From the NCBI GenBank assembly GCA_907165135.1, contig OU015567.1:13516001-13580000 (forward strand): a stretch of 64,000 bases of DNA, in the 5' to 3' direction. Position numbers and translations under genes: made by a program. Source of the DNA: Oikopleura dioica (taxonomy: Eukaryota > Animalia > Chordata). Of the stretch, positions 27,101 through 40,056 are shown piece after piece (position 1 is the first letter of the stretch; each line of letters starts with the position of its first letter). The notes beneath the pieces were generated by a model. That model worked only from the letters and a program-made list of their open reading frames with translations. It made no database searches and was not told the DNA's origin.

Positions 27101-30100
27101 TGTGTAACGCGTGTTATTAATAACTCGCTTAAAATCTGGATAATCCCACTGGACGAGTACGAGAAGAATCTTAAAATCTGAACTTCACGTTTGCTCGTTC
27201 TCCAATCTGTGTATTATTCCATTTATGGATTATTACGCCACCTGATGAAAATATTTCTGAGCAGGTGGAGGTGATCTCATTTGCACTAGCGGTCAACTTA
27301 ACTCAGTCTTTAGGGTGTTATCTTTGCAGCCAAAAAGACTAGCAACGATTCGAGGAAAGCGGGCTGCAATTTACAGTCGCTGAGATGCTGCAGCCAAAAA
27401 GCGGATTCACACGCGCTTCATTTTTACTGTTCCAGATTTTTAATAATGAAACGAAAAATTTGCATAATTATTCAATGAACAACGCTCAACTTCAAGTTTC
27501 AAGTTTTTCAAGTTTCGATTCGTAGTTTTTGGAGAGTTACCTTTTCGGAAAGGAGGAAGTTCCATGTCGTCATTACAGAGGTCACCTTCGCAGCAGCTGT
27601 GACACACTCGAACGTACGGATATTCGTAACATAATGTTTTATTCGTCGAAGCCTTGGGATATTTTTTTTAATAGGAATAGCTTTGGCAGAGCTTCTAAAA
27701 CCCTAAGATATTTTTTCATGAACTTTTGCCAGCAAAAAAATCCAGGTGCTGAAATAGGGCAGATGATTTATTCACTCGTGGCTTTGACGGAAAATAACTG
27801 CGGCCTTGATAGCTCTTCAGTTTGTTAGTTTTACAACTATCAGCTTATGTAAAATGTTGACCCCTGTGGCTCAACGAAGTCTGCTTTCGATTAGTAGCTC
27901 CAGATGGATGATGAAGAGTTACCTGAACTTCACAAGCTTGTTTCTGTTTGCATCCCTTTGTTATCCGAACTTGGCCGTTTTCTTGTCGGAATTCCGTCAT
28001 GCAAAGCTAAAAAATAAATGATTATAAGTACTATTTGCCCCTTTTGAACCCCAACAAGATGCACTTTAGGAGCTGTGATGAAATTTCCTTGCAAAATATC
28101 AGCCGCTCATTTAGTCTTGTTCAATCTCAGGCGTTGCGTGAAATTCCTGAAAATTTCACCCACGTTGTCTCAAATCTAAAAATGCTCGCTCATCATAATC
28201 TGCCATTTTAGATAATTATCGCCACATGCAATTCAAGTCCTGTTGAGCACCCTTCCAAGAGCGCGAATTCTAACGCCATTAGCTCATTCTCATTCCGCGA
28301 ATTTCCACGGCTCGTTAGGGCCAGTCCATTATTTCGCCAACATGTGAAAGAAACGGTAAAACGGGTTTAATCAAGTCAAAATAGAGTTGACTATTTTGGC
28401 TGTTTTTGGTCGACTTGAGGGAATTGTTTTCTGTTAGTACTAATGCTGCTCAATTAATTTTGATGGCAATTACTGAGCCGCTACATTTTTCTATAAATAT
28501 TAATTATTTTCATTTCATAGGCAAACATAAAATTTTCCGCTGTGAGGATATATGGAGATAAATTTGAAGGCAGCCAATCAAAAGGCTCGAGACTCGTAGT
28601 GGGGGCGCTTATCGGGATTTGAGCGAAAATTATTGGTTGAAAATCAAGTTTGCTGATCAGCCAATCAAAGCCCTGGAAAGCCTTAGTGGCGGCGCTTCAC
28701 GGGTTTTGAGTCTGAAATACTCGGTATTTTATATATTTAATGTATAAATAATATAATATTTAATATATAATATAATATATTATTATAAAATATAATATAA
28801 TATAATATAATATATAATATATATGAAATATAATATAATATAATATAATATAATATATATATATATAAATATAATATTTAATAATATTAGAATATTTATT
28901 GATCATCAGACTCTAAGATCATGATACGCGTAAAAATGCAGAATTTAGGGGAGAATTTTCAATATCATATGTGACAAAAAATGTCCGTCAGTAAACTTGA
29001 CGATAATTTTTGTCGAGATATTTCTTTCCAAATAGTTTTTTACGATTAGGAGCATGAAGCATTTCCTGTTCGTACTGCATGTTTCCCGACTGGCCGTCTT
29101 TTCTTGGAAAAAAACAATTCAAAAAATTTGATCGAGCGAGGTCAGCAGCATCGCAACGAAATTCGTGGAGATGACAGGCATGACGAAAGTTGCTGCATTA
29201 ATGATGTACGAAAAAGACTACTGCAAGAAAGATCCAAAAGTCTTAGACCTGATTTTTGCAACAGATTGAGCCCGGTCGGTTACGCGGGGTGGATTTGCTC
29301 GCCACAAATGCGGCTATTAATTTTGATAAAACGTATTTTTGTCCATGTTGCCGTTTAACGAAAGGGATTAATCGTCGTGTCAGCAAATTTTAATGCAGAT
29401 CAACTTGAAGGAAACAAGTTTTGTGACGATTGTTTTGGCCGACTGCGGTTGGTCTGTGTATTCGTGGAGTCCCAACGCGCATATTTCTCCCTTCGCGCAA
29501 ATCGGCAACGTCGCCTTAACGACCCTCAGAAATGCACCTGCTGGAACATCAAGGCTCAGAAATGCATTCCTAAGCGTAACAACTTTTTGCAAGGAGCGAG
29601 AGAATATGGATTTCCGCCAAATTTTTCTTGACTTTTCACAAGTTAAATTTCCTAGGTCCTAGGAATATTTACGGGGGAATACATAAAGAGAGTCAATAGG
29701 CCGCGCAAGCGCGGCTTTTTTTTTGTTAACTCGAAGCCGCAAGCGGCTTCTCGATTATGACCGTAATTCTGAATCCAATATGAAACCCCTTATCCATTCA
29801 GAAATTTCTTATTAAAAGAAAGCTTCGATAAGAAATTATCTCAAACCTTTTTTCTAAAACAAAGTATCTCTATACTATTTATCGATATCAATCCCCTTTT
29901 AGCATCTCGTTTTATCGAGGTTGAGTCCCTTATCTAAACCGCACTGAAAATAGAGAATGGTAAAGTCTTCCGGCAGCTACGTATTGTTCCTCTCCAAAGT
30001 GGCGATTTATGATCAAAGCATTTTTAGGCCAGCAATTAGGCGAACAAAGGAAATTGTGAAATTTTTGCGTCTTGTTTCGTTACGTCGCTAATGCCCGGTT

Positions 30101-33100
30101 GAGAGTTGTTTTTGAACTAACCTGATCTTCGGTACACGAGAGCGACTCCGTAAGGCAATCTTCGTCGTAAAGGCCGTTGATGCATTTGTAGCACTCCGAG
30201 GCTACAAGACAACTGTTAGTTTTAGAAAGAAATGACGGAACAAGAAAATGATTGTTGCAAGATTGTTGGAAGGAAAGCGCGGAATCGTGACAAACTTTGT
30301 TTATGAAAAAAAAATGTGAAGGGGGAAACAATTGCAAAGGAGACTACCACGTCTACCCTGTCTTTGGCTTGCCAACCTGTGTAGAAAACCTGAGTCAGGG
30401 TCCTGAGAGGGCTATCTTAAAACCGAGTCTATGATTTTTCTTGAAGTTTATTTTTTGTATCCAAAAAGGAAAAATTAAAGATCAACAAGTTCCATTTAGA
30501 GTCCATGTGCTCAGTTACCATATCGCTTCAGAAAAAAGAGAGAGAGAGGCACGTCAGAACTCGCACTAAGAGGCGATTACGTAACCATTCCGGGTCTAAT
30601 CCTTTTTTGAGAGATGTTATGGACAAATGTTCTAAGAGACCGCCGAAATGACCAATTGAACTTATCGCTTTAGTCCTAGTCGACTGAAGATCGATGCAAT
30701 TTTTAAGGCTTGTCTTGGCAGAAATTCGCGCTGACAAGCGAATTGAGGTGCGAAGTTCAAATTTGCTGTTAATAACTTTTCGGTTATCAAAATTGCTGAT
30801 ATCATTACTACAGTAACTTACAGGCGGATTAATCCTTTCTTTTTAAAAATAGATAAGTAAGCTACTGGCTGTGCTTCAATATCTCAGTTTCTGACGTTAT
30901 TAAGGGATCCCCCCCTGTTTTTTCAAGTCTTTGGTACGGGTCTATGTTTGACATTTTTAGATTCCCCGTTCTCTGAGGATCATTTTGATGTGTCACATGA
31001 CCCCCTTACAAACATTTATCCCCGAGATTTTAGCCTTCAAAAATAGCAAAGATGCATATAAATTGTACTTAGCGTGAAAATCGGATTTTTTTCGGTTTTT
31101 TAATGTCATCCAAATAAGCCATATAAGGGGTCTTTCGAAAGCTTAGAATCTGCCGATTAAGAATATAATAACCGCATTAGAAATTTTTGCCCATTTGTTG
31201 GCGCTAGAGAGCAATGAAAGACCAAAAAACGCCAAAAATGGCTACAGATGGTTGTTCATAAGAATTTTTTTTATTACTTGACCGAATTGGCTCTCTGTAC
31301 TAGAGATTGAAGATTAGGCTCCATTTTATCCGAATCTTTTCTCAGATGGAGTCTATCTAAGCCCAAATTGGCTGAATTTCGATTCAAAAATGGCCTAAAA
31401 TGGCGTTTTTTCGAAATTCTCGGACTTTGGCCCCTCCTAGTGGTAGGTTTGCCTTTAGCAAAAAACTTCTCTGTACTAGAGAATAGCGGATAGCACCTAA
31501 GCTTTCCGTAGAGCTATTGCACGCCCAAGTTCATAAGCGCAAATCGGCTGAATTTCCAGTCAAAGATGGCCAAAACGGGGGATCCCTTAAGCCCCGGATT
31601 ATTTTCAAGGAGTTTCGATAATATTCTACGTAGAGAAAAACGGAAAACGCCCTGTTCGTAACTCGCGAATCCTAACCAACCGTTTCTTGTTTTCAGTTCT
31701 TGATTTAGAAATAAACTAATCTGGGAGCTGGAACTTATCCTCTCGATTTAGATTTTCGCTTTTCGCGCTGTTTAATCTGTTTTTAGATTGCGATTTTATT
31801 GAGTCACAAAATTTTTAGGGCAAAATGCGAAATTTTCTCTTCATTTAACATTTTTCATTTAGAAAAATTTCGTTATCCAAAAAATTAGAATTTTGGAAAA
31901 ACAGCGGCAAAGACCTTAAAAACTAGCTGCTCTTATCAAAAACAAACGAAAACATTATTTTCTAACACGCTTCTCGCCGAAAAGATGAATGAAATTAATT
32001 GAACGTTGCGAGTTCTCTTAAACGTAACGTAATAACGTTTAATTTAATGAGCCCCTTTATCACTTCCAAAACAAGAGCCAGAAAGGAATAATGAAAACGA
32101 AAGCGATGTGTCGCTCGAAAATAGAATAATCTCAAACATACATAGAAAGACAACGAATTTGCTTGTTTTTGAAGAAATTTGTCACGACATGTTTTATGTC
32201 ACATGTTTCTTGCTCAATTAAGGAATAATAATTCAAAGCTCAAATCAATAATCAGAATAATGTGCTTATCACCAATATTTTTTTGAAAATAAATTATATT
32301 TATTTATTATTATATTATTTTGAGCCAAATATCGAAATTTCAGTATTTTTCAAACAAAAATGACCGACTCACAATTTTCATAATAGTTTAAATTGAAAAT
32401 ATTCGTCTAATTTTCTCAATAGAATTAAGGGTAGTCTAACCCCTAATTTTAAGGGTACGACAGTAAGTTAAATTGAAGTTTAACGTTTAACTGAACGCCG
32501 AAATGGAACTCTAATCCGAATTATACTCTTTTTATTGAGCAGTAGAGCTCATACCTAACCCTCACCCTAAAGTTAACCCCTGCCCGCATGGAAAATTTGT
32601 TACCCCTGCCCGCATATCGACCTACGCGTAGGTCGGGCCTTTTGAGGGTCTTTCAGTCGTGATAAAATTTTCGAAAGGACTTGAATGGAAAGATAAAAGC
32701 TGAGCTATCTTCTGGACATGATCAAATTTCAAATATCCAGCGTCAAACGTGAACAAATGTTGTTTTTCCATAAGTATAATTGGGATTAAAGACAATTTAC
32801 CTACGCGTAGGTCGATATGCGGGCAGGGGTTAAGACCAACCCTCATCTTATGAATTTCACAATATATACCATCCCTAGAGCAGCAAAAAAAAGCTCTAAA
32901 ATCTCGCAACGTGTGCGACTCTTACATTAGCAAAATCATTCAAAAAAGAATGAATCGCTCCTGATCCCCGTTCAATAAATTGCCGTGAAGTAATAACGTT
33001 TTCAAATCTTCAATTTCGCACTGGCTCAAGAAAAACCTGCTCGCGCAAAAAGAAATATGGAAATTTTTAACGACATGTTTTGTTTCTTTTTTAAAACTAC

Positions 33101-34320
33101 TATTTCAAGCTTTTTAACCTCATTTTTTCTTCAAAAAAATGTGAGTTGAACAAGTCTAAGTTATTCTTCGCGAACACCTGTCTTATAAAATTTTCATTTT
33201 TAAAGAATTTGCTTCAAGGAAAAGTGACGGCCGCGGCGAAATCGCAGAATTTGGAGGAACGAGATTTTTCACTTTATATTTTCATATCAATAACCAAGAG
33301 CCGCTTAATTTAAATCTAAGTTTGTTTGAATTCGCTTCTGATTGAACCCAGTTACGTCAGCCAAAATTGAAAGAGAGATTCGGGCAACCGAGGATTTGTA
33401 TTGTAATCCTCACTTCAAAACCGGAAAAGATAAAAAAAAGGGTGGAGCTACGAGGTATGCAAAAAATCTGGATCGTTCATCTCACGTAGATTTTATTATA
33501 GAGCTTCTTTGAATATCAAATAGGGGTACTTTTTTTAACGGGAAGATTCTTAAGGGTCTCCTCATTTTAACGGATTTATTTTTTCTCAAGAATGTCGCTA
33601 TTTTAACGGATTCCTGAGCCCTTAAATCCTTTAAAATGGTGACCCTCTTGAGAAATCCGCTAAAATGGTGAAATCTAGAAAAATTTGCCCGTTAAAATGG
33701 GCAACCCCTTATTTGATTTGGGCGTTAAAATCGATCATTTTGATGATTATTTTTTAACTTGGATTTTTTTGCTACTGGAACTGAGAAGTTGAGGTTCCCT
33801 TCTCTTAGCAATCAAAATAGTTGAGGCTTCTGGTTGCGGTTCAATTATGAGAAAGTGGACGTGAGTTTTTCCATTTTATCCTGAATAAGACCACTCGCTG
33901 CATAACGCTCATTTTTGCGCACTGCTCGCTAATCTGGAGCCGTTCTTACACAATTTGGGCGAGGCTTCTCTTCAAGACACTCTTTATTTGATTGGGTTTT
34001 TCTTAAAACCCTTTGTTGGGAAACGGTTGGTGCTTTTTCGTTTAATTTAGGGTATTTATTAGTTTTATTGAGCTTTCTTCTTTGAAGACACCCCTTTTTT
34101 ATCCTTTAAAATTTTCGGCTGTAAAAATAATACATTTTATAGTTATGAAACAACTCTGTTTTTGAGCTTGAAGAATCTTTCTTATCTCTTATGTAAAAGC
34201 AATTATCTTTGATTCACTTCACGATCCCGATCGTCAAGAGCGTAATTACGATTATGCAACAACAGTTACAGTAAACTCACCGATGGCCGCCGCCAATACT
34301 GTAGTAGCAAGTATCCTCAT
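24143..34320 (-). CDS. Secreted Ly6/uPAR (LU)-domain + catalytically dead trypsin-like protein
   Basis: Exons include 34320-34281 (signal MRILATTVLAAAI), 30201-30122, 28006-27923, 27652-27541 (ECYKC...CCEGDLCN), 27026-26676 (CGKPAIKP...K/IAAG), 26472-26352 (WILTAAQC), 26289-26207, 25543-25440 (NDVALL), then HPACLP, CEGDGGGPLVC and PSIFSRVSVFENWI. Intron phases are compatible. Confidence 0.82.
28730..28892. repeat. AT-only low-complexity tract (TATAA/TA repeats)
   Basis: About 160 bp almost exclusively A/T. Confidence 0.9.
30904..31586. mobile_element. TTAA-flanked non-autonomous DNA transposon with purine (GGG) termini, Kolobok-like
   Basis: TTAA|GGGATCCCCC ... GGGGGATCCC|TTAA; 683 bp; in intron 1 of the LU-protease gene. 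Confidence 0.75.
32577..32829. mobile_element. piggyBac-like MITE (253 bp)
   Basis: TTAA|CCCCTGCCCGCAT ... ATGCGGGCAGGGG|TTAA, duplicated left TIR, palindrome ACCTACGCGTAGGT near both ends. Confidence 0.88.
33515..33718. mobile_element. Small degenerate MITE-like inverted repeat
   Basis: ATCAAATAGGGGT ... ACCCCTTATTTGAT, with repeated TTTTAACGG motifs on the left and CC(G/T)(T/C)TAAAA motifs on the right. Confidence 0.55.
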
Positions 34321-37300
34321 GACTGTAATTCAGTCTTGATGAGCTTCTCCCGGGTTCATCAACTTTTATTTAATTATAAATTTTAATAACGCGGCAGAAA
34401 TAATTCCCTTGATTGAAATTTTCCCAGAGAGCCCAAAAACGGCTTTGAAAAGGTAAGCTCTTAGAACAGAAGCTGCGGAAATTACTTTTGCGCGGGAGTG
34501 ATCGAGAAACCACTTGGCATTTGTAAAGCAAAAATTGATAGAGAGCAAGTTTAATATCAACCACAAGATTAACCGTAATGCTCGAAATTGGAAACTAAAG
34601 AGTTTTGACCAGACCAAAGAGCTAATTTTGGGGAAGTAGCACAAAACGACTAAAAGGTCCGACAAATCGGACCAAACTTTCCGTCAAATTTTAGACTAAT
34701 CAGATTTCCGCTTTCGGCCGGTAGGCGAATCAGATTACAGAAAAAATTGTCGCGAAAAATCGAGTTATTTGTCGCCGTTTTTCGTCAATTTTAATGTTAT
34801 TTTTGATGAAAATTCGTTATATTTTCTGATTTAAATTGTTCTCGATGACATAACACGCTTTTTAAATTAAATTTTTCTATGATTAATACGTCAATTGAAC
34901 CCTTTTTCTTTGTTTATTCTCTTGCTATAGCTCTTCTTTCTTCTTTTTTTTTTGAAAAAAATGTCAATGTTTTTTTTTACTTCAAGTATCCAAAGCAGCT
35001 GTAGAATGTCTATCTGTAGAGTAAATAAATCTCTGATTGAAAATCGTTAATTTTGCTTCTTTGGAGTATGAAGATCTCGTCGATTCTCGCGCTCCTTGGT
35101 TGCTTCTTCTCGGACCGCAGAGAAGTACCGCGCGGGTACTCGGCGCTCGGGAGCGCCACCTGAGTAGCGCGCGCAAAGTACGGCGCTGCTCAACAAAAAC
35201 GCACAAACATTCCCCCGCTCTTGGAAGGCAGCTACGTACTGATTAGCGGAACACTACCCAAAGCTGCCCAGACATTTTTTATTGACGATTATTGTTTCAT
35301 TCGATTATTACATGCGTGTTTCTGAGCTAAATAGGTAGAAAACGCATCAGGAAACATGAAATGTGAATCATTTTTAATAAGAAAACATGATTTCATTATT
35401 CTTAGGTTATCGCTAGTCCGTTTTCCGGTAGTACTTTTTGCTAGCGTTCCGAAAATCTCAATCAGTTCCATTCTAGTTCCAGTAAAACCTCCTTATGCAA
35501 ATTCACCGAGATATTGCAATTTTCTTGTCATGTTCATAATTTTTTCTTTTCTAATTTCAACCTAAGCACTTCTGAGAAATTTTCGGAAGCCATAAGAAGT
35601 CCTTCATCAATGAACTAAAGGAGTAAAAGAACAGTAAAAGGTTCAGGGTGTGTCTAATTGAATTTAATCCATATGGACTATAGTCAAAGATCTATATTTA
35701 CGATAAAACATGAAAAGTCCGCTTGATTTTTTTCTATTTTTGTATATTTTCGCTCGAAACCCTTCTTCAAAAATAGGATTCTAATTTTACTGCTAAAGCG
35801 GTGCATCTGTACGTATCCGCTCTAGAACTTTTCATCCCTGGCAGCCCGTGGCGTGATCCAAAGCCACTGGTATCCACTCGTAAATTGAGTCACTTTGAAA
35901 ATCTGGCGGCACTTGGCGAAAGTCGCAATTTTCGAAATATTTACCGGATTTGTGGCGACGCACTTTAAAATGCTCTAATCAGTATTTAAACGACTGCTTT
36001 AATTATATACAGTAATGCTAGGAGAGGAAGCGAAAGTGAAGGAAGAAGCCCTCAAATGTTCATCGTTACATTCTTTTCAAAGAATATTTTGTATGAATGA
36101 GCTTTTTCTCTATTTCATGAAAGCATCAGAACAAGACGAAGATAACCGGAGACGTCGAGTGAGACCTGGAAGATGAAGTTTTCGACAAAAAGATGAGACT
36201 TCTTCTGACTGGCAGAAACCCATCTGTCTGGCAAAAAACTGAACCTTTCCGAGATCAAGAAGAATGATTTTGGAAGTTACGGATTTGAGCAGTAACACCC
36301 GCATTTTATACAAGACAAACTTGACTATGTTCCATCTAGCGGGATCGTTTTTCTGGTCCGGTACTTCCAAAGGTTACTTGGTCCAAATGTGGGACGGATG
36401 ATACAACTATGGCGCAAGACGGCCTACTTACCAACTCGTATTAGATAAGAAGTTTTATATAAGAAAATATGGCAAAAACCAGCATTTTGAGGACAATTTC
36501 GACATGATTTTAACTCCCTCGATCAAAAAATCAAAATTTTGAGCATATTTTAATGTTTAAACTGCCCTTTTGCGCTGAAAAATCATAAATCTCGTTTTTT
36601 TTTGAAATTATTTTTCATAAGAACCAATTGAATCTCCTTGATAACATGTATTTGAGTCTGCGCCTCACGAAGATTGCCCTTTCTTTAAAAAATATCATGA
36701 ATTTGAAGCGTATTTACCGAAAGTTTTATCAAATTTATTGATTGTCTGTTGCATTTCAACCCTTTTTCGGCCAACAATTGCATGAAAACAGCATAAAAGA
36801 TCCCCAAAAGAAGAAGTAGAGCAAATGATACAACCATTCCCTTGGTGTTGCGCGATCGGACCCACTTCCAGCATCAGCCAAGCGCGACGTCTATTTTCGA
36901 ATTTGTATAATTGCCCAGCTTTATCAGATAATTCATTTTATATAATCATTCAACCACGAGTACCTTCTTTTCTGAAACGAACATATTCTTCTAGTTGATT
37001 TGCGAGTACTTGATATTCGACAGAACCCTAACCACAATCCATACAGTTTTATGGCTCTAATTATTCATGAGAATCTTTAGCTTTCCAAAGCAGGTCTATG
37101 ACTACCATCATATCGTTGATATGCTAACAACGAATGAATGTGTACTGTTTTACGCCGAGCCGTGTCGATATCACAAATGTTAAATAGCAAAGTTTAGAAT
37201 TCATTATTGCGGGCAAGCTTACCATTTCTTGTTCAAGTCGTAATCGCACTGGTCATGTTTCGCGGAATAGTTATTTTTTCCAAGAGTGACTCCAACTGGT

Positions 37301-40056
37301 AGAATCGTCGTACCAATTGCCACATGGCTCTTTACGTCGGACCGCAAAAGTCTCACTTTTCAATGAACAACGGAGAAGTTCTACCAAAGGCAAAGAACTA
37401 AAAGTTTGGGCAATTATCGTCTACAAATGGCCCGAGAAATCGAAATTAGAATTGAACGAGGCATCCGAGGTAGTTGCTTCTAGGAATCACTCGTAAGAGT
37501 TAATTCCATCACCATAACCAAGAAAAAGGACAACTGCATGAACCGGCATGAAATTGAAATTTGTCATTTTGATTTCCATGCCGCAATAGCGTTGTTATGC
37601 AGCCCATTATTGGGCGCAATAAAAAGGCGACCCACACGTTCCAGGCGCATTCGTTTAATCCTCTCTTATGTAATCACCAAACTCAATTCAAGCATTCAAA
37701 ATTTCAAGACAGCTTTTTGAGCAGAAGTTGCCCTAATGGTCCATTAGTAATGGACTCGTCAATCTGTGTAGAAAACCTGACTCAGGGTCCTGAGCAGGGT
37801 TAATGACCAGCCGCTCAAATCGTCATGTCATCTTTTCAATTTTGGCGAAGCCGCGGTGCGGCTTCGTTTTTGAAAAAGCCGCTACGCGGCTTTCATTTTA
37901 ACTCTTTTAGGACCCTTATTCAGACATTGCATGAAGAAAAAATAGCGAAGCTGTGTTATTTGCCAATCAACTTACGCCATACTTATAAGAAACAACAAAT
38001 TACATTATTGCGACGGACGGTTACGCGTTGGTTCTATTAATTTCTCATGTAACAATATGCTCCAGTTGTGCTTTACAAGAAAAGTGAGTTTTCTTCGATG
38101 TTGACCGGTAAATAGCTTTTTGGAACGAAGCTTTTGTCATCACGCAAAACATAAAGCATTCAATTATGGGGACCTCGTGCAAAGTGCGTTCCCGTAATCG
38201 CCCCTAATCCTTGATAGACCGTTCTTCCCCACTTCCGTTTAACGATAATTCATCCTTTCAATTTCTAATGCAGAGCAAGTTTATTATTCTCAAGTAAATA
38301 CAATATTCGGCCTTTTCTTCGCCTGGTTCCCGTATAATTTCTTCCAAAGGTGGGTTTTCATCAGCCTTTTGTGAACGAACCAAACTGAAAATAAAAGTTA
38401 TATAAAACGAGTTACAAAACGAACCCTTAGAGTTCAAAATATTTCTGGCTGAATGGATGGTTGACCGCCTGTAAGATCAAAATCAAAGATAAAATGATCA
38501 TATCAAAATATATTTTATGTAATATTTTGATGAGTAAACTTACTTTTCCGTTTGCCGCAATCAGTGACCAAGCAAGTGCCAAAGATGGAGACGGATAGAA
38601 AGACAGAGAAGACTGACAAGACTGTTATTGCTTCTTTCTCCTGAAAGAAATTTTATCTTCTGAAAAACATGGCCCTCTCAAAAGGAAATCCAATAAATCT
38701 AACAACAACCAAACCTTAGAATTACGAGAATCGCTTTCAAGAGCTAACAACCCTCGGGATTTCCTTGACAACTCAATTTATGACCTTTATTTTGAAAAAT
38801 TGTTTGTTTGAAGCTGACTCAATTTCTGAAAATTAATATAATCTTATCGCTCATTTTCGATGGTGAAAAATATTTAAAGCTTTGAGGCAAAGAAAAATTA
38901 TGATTTTCAAAATTTAACGTGTTGGGATTTGTTTGAGCTAATCCATTGTTTTCGCAGGTTTTTTCTTAACCGGCTTGGCTTTAAATTTCGCGTCTATCCC
39001 TTTAGCCAACCGGTCGGAAGCGACTCTCCCTTACAACCGCAAATGAGATGGTCGATTCTGACATTTTGATTGAACACGTTTTTTTGTTAAAATAAAGAAC
39101 AAGCTTGCTCTGACGCAGAGTTGAGTCCAAAATGCTAATTTAAATTTGAACATCTTATACAACAGACTCTTGTATTTTGAGTCGCACGTGAGCATCTTTT
39201 GCTGCAACTCATGGGCCAGTTAGACTCTCCTTTTTATCTCAACCAACCGGTAATGACTCGAGTTCCTTCAAATTCAATTTCAATGGATATCTCTTGTTTT
39301 TGTCAATAACGGTCAATTTTAACTTACATTTCCAAAATAACTTTTCAATGCTCGAAAAAGAACTGGCATTTTCTGCACTTCTTAATTGTAAATTGACTGA
39401 ATTACCGCATTTACTTGACCTCTTAAATTCAGATTAAGATGTCCTCCGACCAAGTCCGTTCAAACCGCTTCTCTATTAATTTTTTAATCAGTGCCAAGAG
39501 AGTACAGAAAGACAGAATCGCCTGTTCTCGCTTGAAATCTACATCTCTTTTTGGGCCGAAAAGTACTTACAGTTCCCAAGTACTGGCTGAACCATGTGTC
39601 CTCTATTATCAAAAGTTTATCTCAAAATTCACAATTTGAGAAAGTTAAATTTGGCATTTGATTTTGACTTTTTCCTGAAGTAGAATTCTGAATCGTCGCC
39701 TGAGTAGAGCTCAAATAAATCATTCTCGCGGTATTTTCCTGTTTCTTCTTCTGGCGAAACTTTTTCTTCAGCCAAAATAACTTGTTGATCGTTTGAATAT
39801 TCAAAACCATCTGTTAAAAATATTTTCTAACGTCAATTGTCGACAAACAATTCATTGAATTCATTAATTGAAATTTCAAATTCTGTAATTTCAACATCGT
39901 TGAATTTCGCAAAAAATGATCCAGTCGCTCTTCTCCGGAAAAGAATATTTTTCTTTGAATCCGAAAAAAATACTCCGCCACTTGGTCGTTTATTTTAAGG
40001 GAAGAGCGCTCCATCCATTTTGAAATTTCTTGCTCTCTTCTACAAGAGTTCCTCGC

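Noticed and set aside
29700-29724. Hairpin + T-run as a rho-independent terminator
   Set aside because: The sequence is eukaryotic; treated as a possible repeat end instead.
36100-39650. Scattered exon-like fragments on both strands
   Set aside because: No phase-consistent model or recognisable motif could be assembled.
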